From the NCBI GenBank assembly GCA_951406725.2, contig OX597830.1:10602001-10666000 (forward strand): 64,000 bases of DNA, written 5' to 3'. Every line of letters begins with the position of its first letter. The stretch's first letter is position 1. Below are positions 50,161-64,000 of this stretch, in pieces. The notes beneath the pieces are model-generated. The model ran no database searches. It saw only the letters and a list, made by a program, of their open reading frames with translations, and was not told the origin of the DNA. The position numbers and the translations under genes are program-made. Source of the stretch: Octopus vulgaris. Taxonomy: Eukaryota.

Positions 50161-51107
50161 CTCACAACAACAAGAACAATAAGAATAATAATAAAATTGC
50201 AGCATTCTGATATTTTAAATTTTGGTTTGTCCCCATTAATGAGGGTGGCCGGATCTACAGCAACCGCTCTCACACTATCTCGTGTGGGAATACACACACA
50301 CACACACATATAGACGCACATTGCTAGCAGAATCATTATTATTCAAGAATATTCTGGAAAAGAAATGAGAGAGGAGGAGAAGGAGGATAATTGGAAGAAG
50401 GAGGAGGAGGAGGAAAGGAAGGAGGAGGAGAAGGAGAAGAAGAAGGAGAAGAAGGAGAAGAAGGAGGAGGAGGAGGAGAAGAGGAGGAGGAAGAAGAAGA
50501 AGGAGAAGAAGAAGAAGAAGAAGAGAAGAGAGAAGAAGAAGAAGAAGAAGAAGAAGAAGAAGGCAGTGATTGTAACTAAGTAAAAGAATGAAGATATGAG
50601 AGATGAAAAGATGAAACAGAGAGAAGAATAGAGAGGAAAGAGAAAAGAAAAGGAAAAAGGGAGGAGGAAGAGAGAGAAGAAAGAGAGAGTGAGAGAGAGA
50701 GAGAGAGAGTGGGGGAAGTATCATTTTGTAATTGTGTGTAATTAGTTTTGACAGTGAATTATAAGAGGGCAGCAACAATGTTGTTAGATTATCTCTGTTG
50801 TAGATAATCTCTGTCTTGGAGGGTGTCACAGAATCACTGACATGATGTGAGCCGAGTCTGTCTCTCTGTCTCGGAGTCTAATCTAATATTCTAATGCTAC
50901 GTTCTATACACCAGCTAATGTGGACACCTCTGCTATTTATTTATTCAACAACTGTATTCAGCACACCAACACATACACCTGTTTGCATTATATATTTATG
51001 TGTGTAGAAATTTGTACATTAGTATATTAGTATGCCTGTGCATACATACACACACAAACACATATATATACTAGTGTCTGTGAGTACATATACATACATA
51101 TATATGC

Positions 51108-51453
51108 GTCAAGTACATCAACATCAAAATAAATATCAAAAGGAAATTGTAGTTGTGATACCTGTGCCAGTGGCACGTAAAAAGCACCATCCGAACATGG
51201 CCGATGCCAGCGCCACCTTGACTGGCTTCTGTGCCGGTGGCATGTAAAAAGCACCAACTGATCGCGGCCGCTGCCAGCTTCCCCTGGCACCTGTGCTGGC
51301 CCGTAAAGAGCACCCACTACACTCACGGAGTGGTTGGCATTAGGAAGGGACTGGAGCCTGGTGCAGCCTCCTGGCTTCCCAGACCCCGGTCGAACCGTCC
51401 AAGCCATGCTAGCATGGAGAACGGACGTTAAACGATGATGATGATGATGATGA
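51108..51453 (+). mobile_element. RTE LINE 3' tail
   Basis: Ends ACGGACGTTAAAC(GAT)n followed by (TA)n. Confidence 0.88.
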
Positions 51454-51457
51454 TATA

Positions 51458-51499
<42 letters not shown>

Positions 51500-51519
51500 C
51501 ATATGAAATTGGGAGTGCT

Positions 51520-52500
51520 GACTACTTTCCTGTTGCTTCAAATTTTTTGTTGGAATGACAATCATCAGAGAGTATACGAACAATGAAAGTATTTATATGT
51601 GAAGAGAATTATCACTGGTGTTCTTTGATGCAAGGCAGCTCACTTTAAATGTGTTGTTACTTTTCTTGTTATATCCAATTGATCATTCAGGTTCTAATTC
51701 ACTATAAAATTCATTTACATGATGGCAGTTATATATTATCACTTCCTGTTTAAAATATATTTGTTTGATTGCCTGTTCGTTTTTTTTTTGCTTTTATTTT
51801 GATATATGGTATTTCTCTGTAATACAAAGTTGGCATTACTTTGTTCAAGTGATGTAAGATGTGCTATTTTCAATGAGTGAGAAACATATATCAAAATAGT
51901 CAACTCAACATTCTTTCATGTTCCCATAACTATCTTTTTGTCTCCATACCTGGATAAAACAGTGTCATTCTTCTTTGCGTCATTTCTCAATGTAGATTTA
52001 GTGTTGAAAAGACATTTTTAAAAACTACTTTCGTTCATACTTATATACATTTTTGTATCCTTGAAATTTTACCTTTGTTTAGTACATAATTGCTTTCATC
52101 AATCATTTACCATTAGCATGTGTGAGTATATCTATTTATTCATGCAGTTACACTCAATTTCCCAAGTGCTTTATTCTTCAGATAATTCAAAACATATATT
52201 ATGATGCTGACATGTTTGTACAGTTATAACTGACCTTGATGGTGTTTTCATTAAATGATCTGTGGTACTTGGAATTGGTTAAGATATGTTTTTTATGAAT
52301 ATGTCTAAGAAAATTCTAGGTACGTATGATTTATACTTAGGCTAAAAGGCATATTAAACCAGATGATGTGTTTTCACTGTTTGTTCCACTATTACACCAT
52401 GTGTTGGTAATAAAGTAATTCAAATTACATAAAGCACAACTTTTGAAAAACAAAATTATTATTGTTATACCCTGTAGTTTTCTTTCTGGATATTTTTTTA
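51520..52500 (-). mobile_element. decayed Penelope-like element (linker, GIY-YIG endonuclease, 3' region)
   Basis: Minus-strand peptides in order: KHIIWFNMPFS...SFNENTIKVSYNC; NGK*LMKAIMY...MYISMNESSF...KKNDTVLSRY; CQLCITEKYHI...ILNRK...NCHHVNEF. These match the IIWFNPP / FNRNTVKVSYSC / YIG / CxLCxxEK / LNxRSE / CRH motifs of PLE ORFs. Confidence 0.8.
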
Positions 52501-52853
52501 TCTTATCTTGTTAACTGTAATATGATAAAATGCAGCCAGTACACTCTGTAAAGTAATTCATTAGGAATGACAAGCAGTTGTAGAAACCATGTTGAAAAGA
52601 AAACATACATGATGGAAATGATGACATCGGTTTGTCCCAGAGCAGAGTTACTATAAATAAGGATTGGTGCTGTGATGAGCCATCAAATGGTTATCAGTTT
52701 GGAAAGTTTGTGTAATACAAACCATGATGGTAATGATGATGATGATACACACAAACAAGTACATATGTGTGTGCGTGTATTTGTATGTGTTTGTGTGTGC
52801 GAGTGTATACATATACTGACACAGACATAAACATGAGTGCATATGTGTGGGTG

Positions 52854-52903
<50 letters not shown>

Positions 52904-53042
52904 CACACATTTATGCAAACAAACAAAATTATATACACATATACACACATATACATGTACATGTGTATATATATATGTATATATATGTATATATATATAT
53001 ATATATATATGTGTGTATATATATGTGTGTATATGTGTATAT

Positions 53043-53195
53043 CATTCTCTCTGTTTATTTCTTCATGTTCTTTTCTGTTGCAGAGCATAGGCTCGAAATG
53101 TAAAAGCCTTTCTCACCTTCCCAAGCATCAAACTAATACACCTGCTTGTTGTTTATACACCTCTTTTCGTCTTTTGTTTTTCTATAAATTTCAAC

Positions 53196-53200
<5 letters not shown>
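53043..53200 (+). mobile_element. second copy of the pLTR-like repeat with minimal hammerhead variant (53070-53106)
   Basis: CTTTT-CTGTTGCA-GAGC-ATAG-GCTC-GAAATGTA^-AAAG; the downstream sequence matches the reverse complement of 45960-46050. Confidence 0.65.
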
Positions 53201-53262
<62 letters not shown>

Positions 53263-53777
53263 CACACAACCAAACAAATTTATATACTCACATTCACCTA
53301 AGATATCCTCAAGTCTGAATGACTTTGCACAGCAACAGCCAACAATGACACTATGAGAGTGTGCTTTAAATTGTGAAAGTTGTCACATGATCATGATCAT
53401 GATGATGATGATGATGAAGATGGCAATGACATATAGAATGTCATGCTATTTGATTTTAAAAGAAAAATTGAAGATGCGACACAATACCATAGAAAATCAG
53501 CCGAAAGATGAACAAAACTAACACTGAAGCTATGGTCAGTGTGAGGAGAGCTGTATGATTGAGTGTTGAGAAGATGGAGACAATTATTTGTAAAGTGTTA
53601 CCACGGCTAATGAATGGTGGCTGTGCAGCTCTGGTGTCAGAATAAAATGCTTGTCATTGTAGTAAATTAGCTCATTGTTACCATGGCGAAAGAAAGTAAG
53701 TCAGCATCACTCAAATGCAAAGAGGTTAGCTATCGTCATCATCATCATCATCATTTTCACAATCATCTTCATCCTCA

Positions 53778-54021
53778 TTCTTTTATTCTTTTACTTGTTT
53801 CAGTCATTTGACTGCGGCCATGCTGGAGCACCACCTTTTGTCGAACAAATCGACCTCAGGACTTATTCTTTGTAAGCCTAGTACTTATTCTATCGGTCTC
53901 TTTTGCCGACCGAACCGCAAAGTGACAGGGATGTAAACACACCAGCATTGGTTGTCAAGTAATAGTGGAGGGACAAACACAGCCTCATGAACACACACAC
54001 AAATATATATATATATAAATA

Positions 54022-54071
<50 letters not shown>

Positions 54072-54237
54072 TATGACGGGCTTCTTTCAGTTTCCGTCTA
54101 CCAAATCTACTCACAAGGCATTGGTCAGCCCAAGGCTATAGAAGAAAACACTTGCACAAAGTTACACACAGTGGGACTGAACCCAGAACAAGGTGGCTGG
54201 TAAGCAAGCTACTTACCACACAGCCACTCCTGTGCCT
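53778..54237 (-). mobile_element. SINE family O
   Basis: Full-length match. Confidence 0.9.
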
Positions 54238-54414
54238 AGTGCCCAGTTTTCCATGCTTGCATGGATCACATTGTATTTTACTGAGATATATTTAGGGGCA
54301 TAAAGTTAGAAGTTATGTTGAGAAGGGAACGGTTGTTTATAATTTCTCAAGGATTTGTCTGATGTTTATTTCTTTACTGCTTCCATTAAATCTTACAAAA
54401 ATGAAAGCAAAATT

Positions 54415-55006
54415 AACGAGAGCACTCAGAGAGCGCAAACATCTGGCAAGGCAACACCAACATCCTCTCAACAATTAGCCAGAGATGATTTTTAAAAATA
54501 AGAATATCTGAAATAAAGTCGACTATTCTCACAAAAGAGAATACTAAAAACAAACATGACCACTCCAATAAATTAAGTAAAAAAAACTGGGAAAATAATT
54601 CAGAATCCTTTTCTGGTACCGGATCAATCCCAATGTGAAGGTGGCTGTAGAAAATTTAGTAACAGTAATAAACAGTTTATCCTTATCTAATACAAACCAA
54701 AGTTAACAAATTCCCTATTCAAAATAGTTACAGCCTAAAGGGAAATAATTGAGAAAGACTTGAAAGTGAACATAAGATCATAATCCTGTAAAGTAAAGTA
54801 AATATAACTGATAATCCATAATTGTTGTCTGGTACCAGATTAATCCCAAAATCTAATCTTTTTGTGCCAGTTACGAGGCCAAACATCCCTGAAAGTTTCA
54901 TCTGGATCCATTCAGTGGTTCTTGAGATATCTTATCCATGGACAAACAAACAAACAGACACAAGTGAAAAACAATACTTCTGCCTTCGCTAAGGCAGAGG
55001 TAATAA
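54415..55006 (-). mobile_element. HINE/Helentron-like (DINE-1-type) non-autonomous element
   Basis: Minus strand starts TTATTACCTCTGCCTTAGCGAAGGCAGAAG (subTIR plus hairpin), then (GTTT)n, a duplicated core (TCTGGTACC(G/A)GAT(C/T)AATCCC twice), and a 3' subTIR with hairpin GCGCTCTCTGAGTGC. Confidence 0.72.
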
Positions 55007-55068
55007 ATGAATTTTTTTAAAAGTCAGACTTCACAGGATTTGAACTTAGATGATAAAGAATCACAGAC

Positions 55069-55360
55069 ATCATCATCATCATCATCGTTTAGCGTCCGCT
55101 TTCCATGCTGGTATGGGTTGGACAGTTCAACTGGGGTCTGGGAAGCCAGAAGGCTGCACCAGGCCCAGTCTGATCTGGCAGTGTTTCTACAGCTGGATGC
55201 CCTTCCTAACGCCAACCACTCCGTGAATGTAGTGAGTGCTTTTTACATGCCACCGGCACAGGTGCCAGGGTAGGCTGGCAAACGGCCACGATTGGATGGT
55301 GCTTTTTACATGCCACCAGCACGGGGACCAGATGAATCTGGCAACGGCCACGGTCGGGAA
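55069..55360 (-). mobile_element. RTE LINE 3' tail
   Basis: (CAT)nCGTTTAGCGTCCGCTTTCC. Confidence 0.88.
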
Positions 55361-56461
55361 GACAATAACAAAAGAGTTAACCAAATCTCAACACAGTGTT
55401 GATATAAATATTGTAAATATAGACATACACACACACACACGTTAATGTTGAACAGTGAGAATGAGTCCTCAACACCACTGGTTTCATGCCAAGAATTCTC
55501 AGCAATTATCAAGCCTGTCACATGGATATTGGTACTCATCTTCATCAAAGATGAGAATGTATATATGTGTGTGTGTGTGTGTGTGTATGTATGTGTGTGA
55601 AGATTATATATATATATATTTATAAAATCTACACACACACATATGTACACAAGCTCTAAATTTTATATATATAACAGCAATGCACCAGCATAGCCACAGT
55701 ACTTGAGCTGAAACTAGTAAAAGAAAACAAGAACACACACACACACACAGACACTTACTCTAAAGCCAAAGTTAATAGTCTGAAGTATTATAATTTTAAT
55801 GTAAAATTAAATGCCCCATGTCGTCATTCTAAACTCACTCCACACACTTTTATACATGTGTACCCCAATCTACACCCTACACGCTGTGTACCCACTCAAA
55901 CCAACAACCTAGATAGACTGTCATACTGCTAGACTTCATCCATAAACGGGTGACTTTGCTACGACATATGGACTGATATATTAAGAAAAATAAAGTTAAA
56001 ATATATAAAATTTAGTTAATTTTATACACACTGTGCAGGCGCATATATTAGATTTAATACGCCCTTATATTATTAATTATAAATTTAATATGCGTCTAAG
56101 TCCTGGCAAGTGGGTGCATGTCTATGTGTGTTTTAACGTGTATCACCACTTGTGTACATATGATTGTGTGTATATGTATGTGTGTATGTATGTATATTTG
56201 TATGTTTGTTTGTATGTGTGTGTGTATACATATTTATATGTTTGTATGTATGTATGTATGTATGTATGTATGTATGTATGTATGTATGTATGTATGTATG
56301 TGCGTATGTGTAGGCATATTTGTATGTATGTATGTATTTATGTATGCATATGTGTTTTAGATAGTGATATGGATTTATAACTATAAATAAGTGTATGTAT
56401 GGTTATCAGTGTGTGTATGTTTTATTTTTTGTTATCACTGTATGTGTGAGTGAGCAAGTGC

Positions 56462-56508
<47 letters not shown>

Positions 56509-56677
56509 CACGTACACATATATAATATGGCATATATATATATATATATATATATGATGATTATAATGATGATATATATTTGTATATGCACTCAAATATA
56601 TGTACATACGTATATTTGAGTGTATGTGTGCATATATATGTTATCTATATGTGTGTATTTGTGCAGATGCATATGTG

Positions 56678-56752
<75 letters not shown>

Positions 56753-56831
56753 TTGTGTATGTGTATACTTATGAGCATATAGGCACAAATGTGTGATGCA
56801 TAGATTACTGGAGGCTTGTGAGGGGGTGGAG

Positions 56832-56886
<55 letters not shown>

Positions 56887-57039
56887 GTAGGAATTGGCCG
56901 TTAGCAGAGTTGAAAGTGAATTTCATTTGAAATCTGAATGCTAAAAGAAGACATGCTTCATAAATCTAAAGAAATGTTCTGAGAATTCCAGTTGAAGTAC
57001 GGTTTTTGGTATGGAGATTATTGGTAGGGAACACTACTC

Positions 57040-58405
<1,366 letters not shown>

Positions 58406-58524
58406 TTCATCAAACATTTGCCCACTAACACAGAATATGCACACTCAAACATCAAACATATACACACACAGACATGCAGCAAACATTCAACTTATAACAT
58501 GAATACACACATACACATATATAC

Positions 58525-59176
58525 AGGTGCAGGATGGCTGTGTGGTATGAAGCTTGCTTCCCAACTGCATGGTTACGGGTTCAGTCCCACTGCGTGGCAC
58601 CTTGGGCAAGTGTCTTCTATTATAGCCTCGGGCCGTCCAAAGCCTTATGAGCAGATTTGGTAGATAGAAACTGAAAGAAGCCCGTTGTATATATATACGC
58701 ATATATGTGTGTGTGTGTGTGCATGTATGTGTGTGCATGTATGTGTGTGTGTCTGTGTTTGTACCCTGACCATCGCTCGACAACTGATGTTGGTGTATTC
58801 ATTTCCCTGTAACTTAGCAGTTTGCCAAAGAAGACTAATAGAATAAGTACTAGGCTTACAAAGAATAAGACCCAGGATTGATTTGTTCAACTAATCCAGT
58901 ATGGCTACAGTCAAGTGACTGAAACAAGAAAAAGAATTTATATATATCTATATATATATATGTATATGATTGTTTTTGTCTGTGTTTGTCCCCCTACCAT
59001 TGCTTGACAACTGATGTTGGCATGCTTACATCCCCCATAACTTGGTGGTTCACCAAAAGTAACTGATAGAGTAAGTACTAGGCTTACAAAGAATAAGTGC
59101 TGGTGTCAATTTGTTCAGGCTAAAGGCGGTGCTCCAGCATGGCCACAATCAAGTGACTGAAACAATTAAAAGAATT
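58525..59176 (+). mobile_element. SINE family O followed by a second 3' half (58965-59176)
   Basis: Tail CAAGTGACTGAAACAA...AAAAGAATT occurs twice. Confidence 0.85.
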
Positions 59177-59461
59177 AAAGACAAAAAAATGAATACGAAA
59201 TACATGTATGGAAGCACACAGCAAACATATGCGCACACAGAGTAAGGACGCATACATACTTGCACCTGACATATACATAAGCAGAGCAAACATATACAAG
59301 ACTCACAGACATGCATATGTACTTGTGTACGCACACAGGGACAAACCTTAAATTCTTCAATATTTTAAAAATTAATCAAAACAAAAGCAATGTATCTCAA
59401 AAGAAATAAGGTCAAAATGAGGGTTAAGCTGCTTGAGTTAATGTTCCAACATGATGGCCAT

Positions 59462-59627
59462 GGCGCAGGCGTGGCTGTGTGGTAAGAAGCTTGCTCCTCA
59501 ATCACATGGTTCTAGGTTCATTCCCCACCATGTGACAACTGGACAAGTGTCTTCTACTTGAGCCTCGGGCTGACCAAAGTCTTGTGAGTGGATTTGGCAG
59601 ACGGAAACTGAAAGAAGCCCATCGTGT
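59462..59627 (+). mobile_element. SINE family O 5' half, cut by a mariner insertion
   Basis: Head ends at GAAGCCCATCGTGTA, directly before the mariner TIR. Confidence 0.85.
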
Positions 59628-60340
59628 ATATTGGGTCATCCCATAAATAATGTTTTTTTTCAATTGCATGAACTAAAAGTCGGAGGGAGGACAGGATAAA
59701 ACTACCTGTATCAACTTGCTATAAAAGCAGGTAGTAATTTTACCTTGTCCTTATTCCTAGTGCAAGTTTTGAAGAGTGCAGTTCAATTTTAACAGTTATT
59801 TTTCCAAAGCTATAATGGAGGTGACAAAGGATCATATTCGGCAAATTTTGCTTTGTGAGATCAATAAAGGCAACAATGCAACGGAAAGTGTGAGGAATAT
59901 TCATGCAGTATATGGGGATCGAACAATACGTGTAAGACAGTGTTAACGGTGGTTCCAGAAATTCTGAGCCGGAAACTACAGCCAAGAAGATAAGCCTTGT
60001 CATGGAAGATCTGTGGAGCTCAATGAGAATGTCCTGCAAACCCTGGTGGAACAAAATCTCATCATAACTGTTGAAGAACTCGCAGAGAAGCTTGGATTTG
60101 GTCATTCAACCATTCATCAACACCTGCATGCCATCGGAAAAGTGAGCAAATTGGGTCCATGGGTTCCTCACAAACTTTCCAAGCCTAATCGCATGCAGAG
60201 AGTGAATGTGTGCTCTTCTTTGCTGTCACATCTCACGAATGAACCATTTTTGGACTGAATAGTGACTGGTGATGAGAAATGGGTTCTCTATAAGAATGTC
60301 AAGCACTGAAGACAGAGGGTAGGGAAAGGGGAAACACCAA
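59628..60340 (+). mobile_element. mariner transposon 5' relic (left TIR plus pseudogenised transposase N-terminus)
   Basis: TA-TTGGGTCATCCCATAAATAATG; ATG at 59815: MEVTKDHIRQILL...C*RWFQKF*AGN...WVPHKL...FLD*IVTGDEKWVLY (HTH region, WVPHEL and TGDEKW motifs, in-frame stops). Confidence 0.93.
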
Positions 60341-60526
60341 ATCCATTTAATGTATCATTTAGTGTTTCCTGTATCAAAGGGAGACATATTTCGTCTTGGC
60401 ATTTGGCTGTGAGTACATGTCATTGACAAACCTCAAGAATACTGAAATGTATTTGCATTCACTGATAGCCACATGTGATTTAGAAAGCAGTTCAACATGT
60501 ATTTAATTTTAGTATGAATTCAACAG

Positions 60527-60575
60527 ACTGCCTATGTGACAGTGACTTTTGTTTACGAGTAGTTTGTGGGTCAAG
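60527..60575 (+). CDS. candidate 49-bp exon (CLCDSDFCLRVVCGS)
   Basis: TTCAACAG| acceptor, AAG|GTAAGA donor, only one open frame; phase-compatible with 60363-60408 and 62441 onward. Confidence 0.25.
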
Positions 60576-61457
60576 GTAAGAGAAATAGCAAGCATACATA
60601 TGCACTCACTCGCATACTGTAAGTCTCTTAAATTTCCATGACTCTTAAATTTTAATCACAAAGCATTGATCCACCTGCAGACCCAGCTGACAGTATATCC
60701 TAAACATACACATGTCTAAAGTATATGTGTGTGTGTGTGTCTGTATGTGTGTACATATAGATAAATATGTATACATATAGATGTGTAAATATATGTCTTT
60801 ATTTACAAATATATATAGGTATGTACATATGTGTGTGTTTGTGTGTGTGTACACATACATGCTTACTTACACACATACATAATACATATCTACATACATA
60901 TATGTGTATCATTTAATATATATATAGGATTTAAATTCTAGCAACTATTAGTTCCATGCTATGAAAACACAATTGTCAAACAAGCTTGCATAGAGTGCCA
61001 TGAGCTTTCAAGCAATCGTTCAGACTCAGATAGGCAACATGGCTCATCTTCTTTGAGAAAATAAAAAAGAACACTGGTCTTTGAGAAAACAAGAAAGCAT
61101 GAGAGGAAGGTAAATGAAAAAGTGGAAAGAGAAGGAAAAAGAGTTGTGTGCCTTTGGCCCATTCAGATCATTCAATGGGGAGAACATCAAAGTTTATGAG
61201 ACTGCATGCTTAATCCAGAGAGGGTGGTGTTTTCCATTTCAATAAAAGAAATTTGTACCTATGTTTACATTTAATAAAAATTTCAGCTCTAATATTTAGT
61301 AGGTTAGTTGAGTTCTTGGATGTAAAAAGGATATGAGATGTTACTGATAAACAGAGCCTGTATCTCTTTGGGATCCATTAATATAAGGCGTAGATCATTC
61401 CATGACGCTCTGCTTGATGGAGTACAAACAAATAAATATACATATACACATATGTAT

Positions 61458-61870
61458 CTTTTAGCTTTTACTTGTTTCAGCCATTAGACTGTGGCCATCC
61501 TAGAGCCTTGCCTTGAAGGGTTTACTGACACGAATTGACCTCAGTATTTACGGGGGTTCTTTTTTTGTTTTTGAGGTCTGGTACTTATTCTATCGGTCTC
61601 TTTTGCTGAAGCACTTCATGGAGGCGATGTAAACAAACCAACAGTGACTGTCAATCAGTGCGGAGAACAAACATAATGTACACATGCATATACACACACA
61701 CACACACACAGCAGGCTTCTACAGAGTTTGCATCTACCAAATTCACTTTCAAATTATTAGGTATCCAGGGACCATAGTAGAAGACATTTGCCCAAGGTGT
61801 CACACAGTGGACCAGAACCCCAAACCAAGTAGTTGCAAGGCAGCTTCTTAACTACATAGCTATACCTGCA
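61458..61870 (-). mobile_element. SINE family O (diverged)
   Basis: Family modules in order. Confidence 0.8.
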
Positions 61871-61928
61871 TATATGCATATATATATATGTAAATATATG
61901 TATATATATATATATATTATTTATATTA

Positions 61929-61959
<31 letters not shown>

Positions 61960-62111
61960 TATATTATTATGTATATGTATATTTATATATTATTAATATT
62001 ATTATATATATACATATATTCATATATATATATATATATATACATATATATATACACAAATATATACATATATATACACACATATATATATACATATATA
62101 TATATACACAA

Positions 62112-62142
<31 letters not shown>

Positions 62143-62145
62143 CAC

Positions 62146-62182
<37 letters not shown>

Positions 62183-62440
62183 CAAGGATATATATATATA
62201 CACACAAATATATTTATATACATATATATACAAGGATATATATATATATGAAAGCTCAAGTAGTGGTTTTAAACCATGTCAATATATACATACTAAATTT
62301 GTTCATATATCATACGATATATATTTATTTTGTTTCTAAGTTTTTACTTATTAAGTGTCACAGTGGGAGGTGCTTTAATATGTTTTTTTATTGATGTTTT
62401 AGTTTCGTTTTCATTTTTTTTTTTTTTTTTTTTTTTCTAG

Positions 62441-62522
62441 TCTGACTACATTACCAGGCCTCAGACTCAGAGGAAGTCTCCGGAGGAAAAAGAAATGTTC
62501 GACTCTTGAATCAGTCTGGTGA
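62441..62522 (+). CDS. candidate exon (LTTLPGLRLRGSLRRKKKCSTLESVW* or SDYITRPQTQRKSPEEKEMFDS*)
   Basis: Strong acceptor (long T run plus CTAG|) and abrupt GC rise; either a donor TG|GTGAGC at 62519 or a terminal exon with AATAAA near 62714. Confidence 0.4.
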
Positions 62523-62952
62523 GCAGATTATACTGATATCCGTGTTCATACGATATACAGTGGCAGGTCACAATGCTATTAATACTTGTGATAAGTTGAT
62601 ACGAGGCAAACTAGATGCGATACCTCCGTAGTGAACCGTACCTTGCCTCAAATGCATTTTTTGTCATGTAAAGAATGTGATATCAACAGTTGGGATGTGA
62701 TAACAATTCTGTGAATAAAAAGCTTGTGATATCAAGCAAGTATTTGTGTTTAAATATGTGTGAGATATCAACAATTTGAGGTTTTATTTGCAAGTATAGC
62801 AAATGGATATGTTAGTAATTTTGGTTGGAAATAGTGTAAGTTGTATGATACATTCAGAAAAGGTTTACAACAAAAAGATACCCTCATGAGGTAGGGTAGT
62901 AATTGACACATAGAACAATGGCATTGGCATATATAATAATATGCATGCCAAA

Positions 62953-63530
62953 GGTGCATGGCTCAGTGGTTAGATTAATCGGCAGCGAGCTGGCAGAAAC
63001 GTTAGCACGCCGTGCGAAATGCTTAGCGGTATTTCGTCTGCGTTATGTTGTGAGTTCAAATTCCGCCGAGGTCGACTTTGCCTTTCATCCTTTCGGGGTC
63101 GATAAATTAAGTACCAGTTACGCACTGGGGTCGATGTAATCGACTTAATACCTATGTCTGTCCTTGTTTGTCCCCTCTGTGTTTAGCCCCTTGTGGGTAA
63201 TAAAGAAATAGGTTAGAGTATCAGGATCACAATCATGAGATAGTGAGTTCAATTCCCAGGCTGCGTGTTGTGTTCTTGAGCAAGACACTTTATTTCATGT
63301 TGCTCCAGTTTGCTCAGCTGGCAAAAATAAGTTGTGACATCACAGGTGGCAAGCTGTATCGGCCCCTTTGCCTTTCCCTTGGATAACATCAGTGGCATGC
63401 AGAGGGGAGGCTGATATGCATGGGCGACTACTGGTCTTCCATTTACAACCTTACCTGGACTTGTGTCTCAGAGAGGAACTTTCTAGGTGCAATCCCATGG
63501 TCATTCATGACTGAAGGGGAGTCTTTACCC
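62953..63530 (+). mobile_element. SINE family C with nested young family M SINE (62981-63210)
   Basis: The nested copy is flanked by the TSD GGTTAGA (62968-62974 and 63211-63217) in the host's tRNA head. Confidence 0.9.
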
Positions 63531-63929
63531 TTTACCCGTAGCAAAACAAGGTAACATCTTTGTTAATATAATAGACATACATCAATACATGTGTATGTGT
63601 GTGTATATGTGTATATTTCATAGGGATATGCTTAGTTCTGGATAATCAAAATCTATACTAGAACTTATAAGTAAGCTATAGCACGGTTAACTATCCTTAG
63701 GGACAGACATATTTGTTATACATTATTTACATTATTTACATTTCACAGATATTTGTCCTCATCATGTTGTTAACACACTTCTTAAATATAGAACTGTATA
63801 TTTGTTATATATAAAAAATGACAATCAAAAACATAGAACATTTTGTGAATTTGCCTGTCATTCATTGCCTAAGAGTGTGACACAAAAATCTGTGACAGAT
63901 TCCAAAGTTTTGAGCCATATATCATCATT

Positions 63930-64000
63930 AAGGTAGTGATTTGGTAAAATCGTTAGCACCCTGGGCAAAATGCTTAGCAATATCTCACCTGTATTTACGT
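63930..64000 (+). mobile_element. SINE family M head, running off the window end
   Basis: AATCGTTAGCAC...AAAATGCTTAGC...TTTACGT. Confidence 0.65.

Overview
AT-rich, microsatellite-saturated eukaryotic DNA. The repeat families suggest an octopus (coleoid cephalopod) intronic or intergenic region; this is an inference from the tRNA-derived SINEs, not a database result. No intact protein-coding gene is evident, and almost all ORF-track entries are translations of (TA)n/(CA)n/(GA)n/(CAC)n repeats. The window is a dense, nested transposon graveyard. It holds four tRNA-derived SINE families (about 40 copies), an RTE-type LINE and many 5'-truncated 3' tails of it, fragments of CR1/L2-like, HERO-like and older RTE-like LINEs, and a decayed Penelope-like element with GIY-YIG motifs. 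It also holds three mariner transposase relics, several Helitrons (one with a Pif1 fragment), a HINE/Helentron-like element, several MITEs and four tandem arrays. Most notable: (i) several type I hammerhead-ribozyme motifs, two with near-intact cores and unusually long stem II (28038-28107 and 45793-45904, minus strand); (ii) a repeat that places a tRNA-like unit back-to-back with a hammerhead-like motif; (iii) an 8-unit head-to-tail SINE concatemer; (iv) a LINE whose 3' end matches the dominant SINE's tail; (v) a 165-bp satellite bracketed by Helitron ends. A few weak plus-strand exon candidates exist. All coordinates were read by eye and may be off by several bases.
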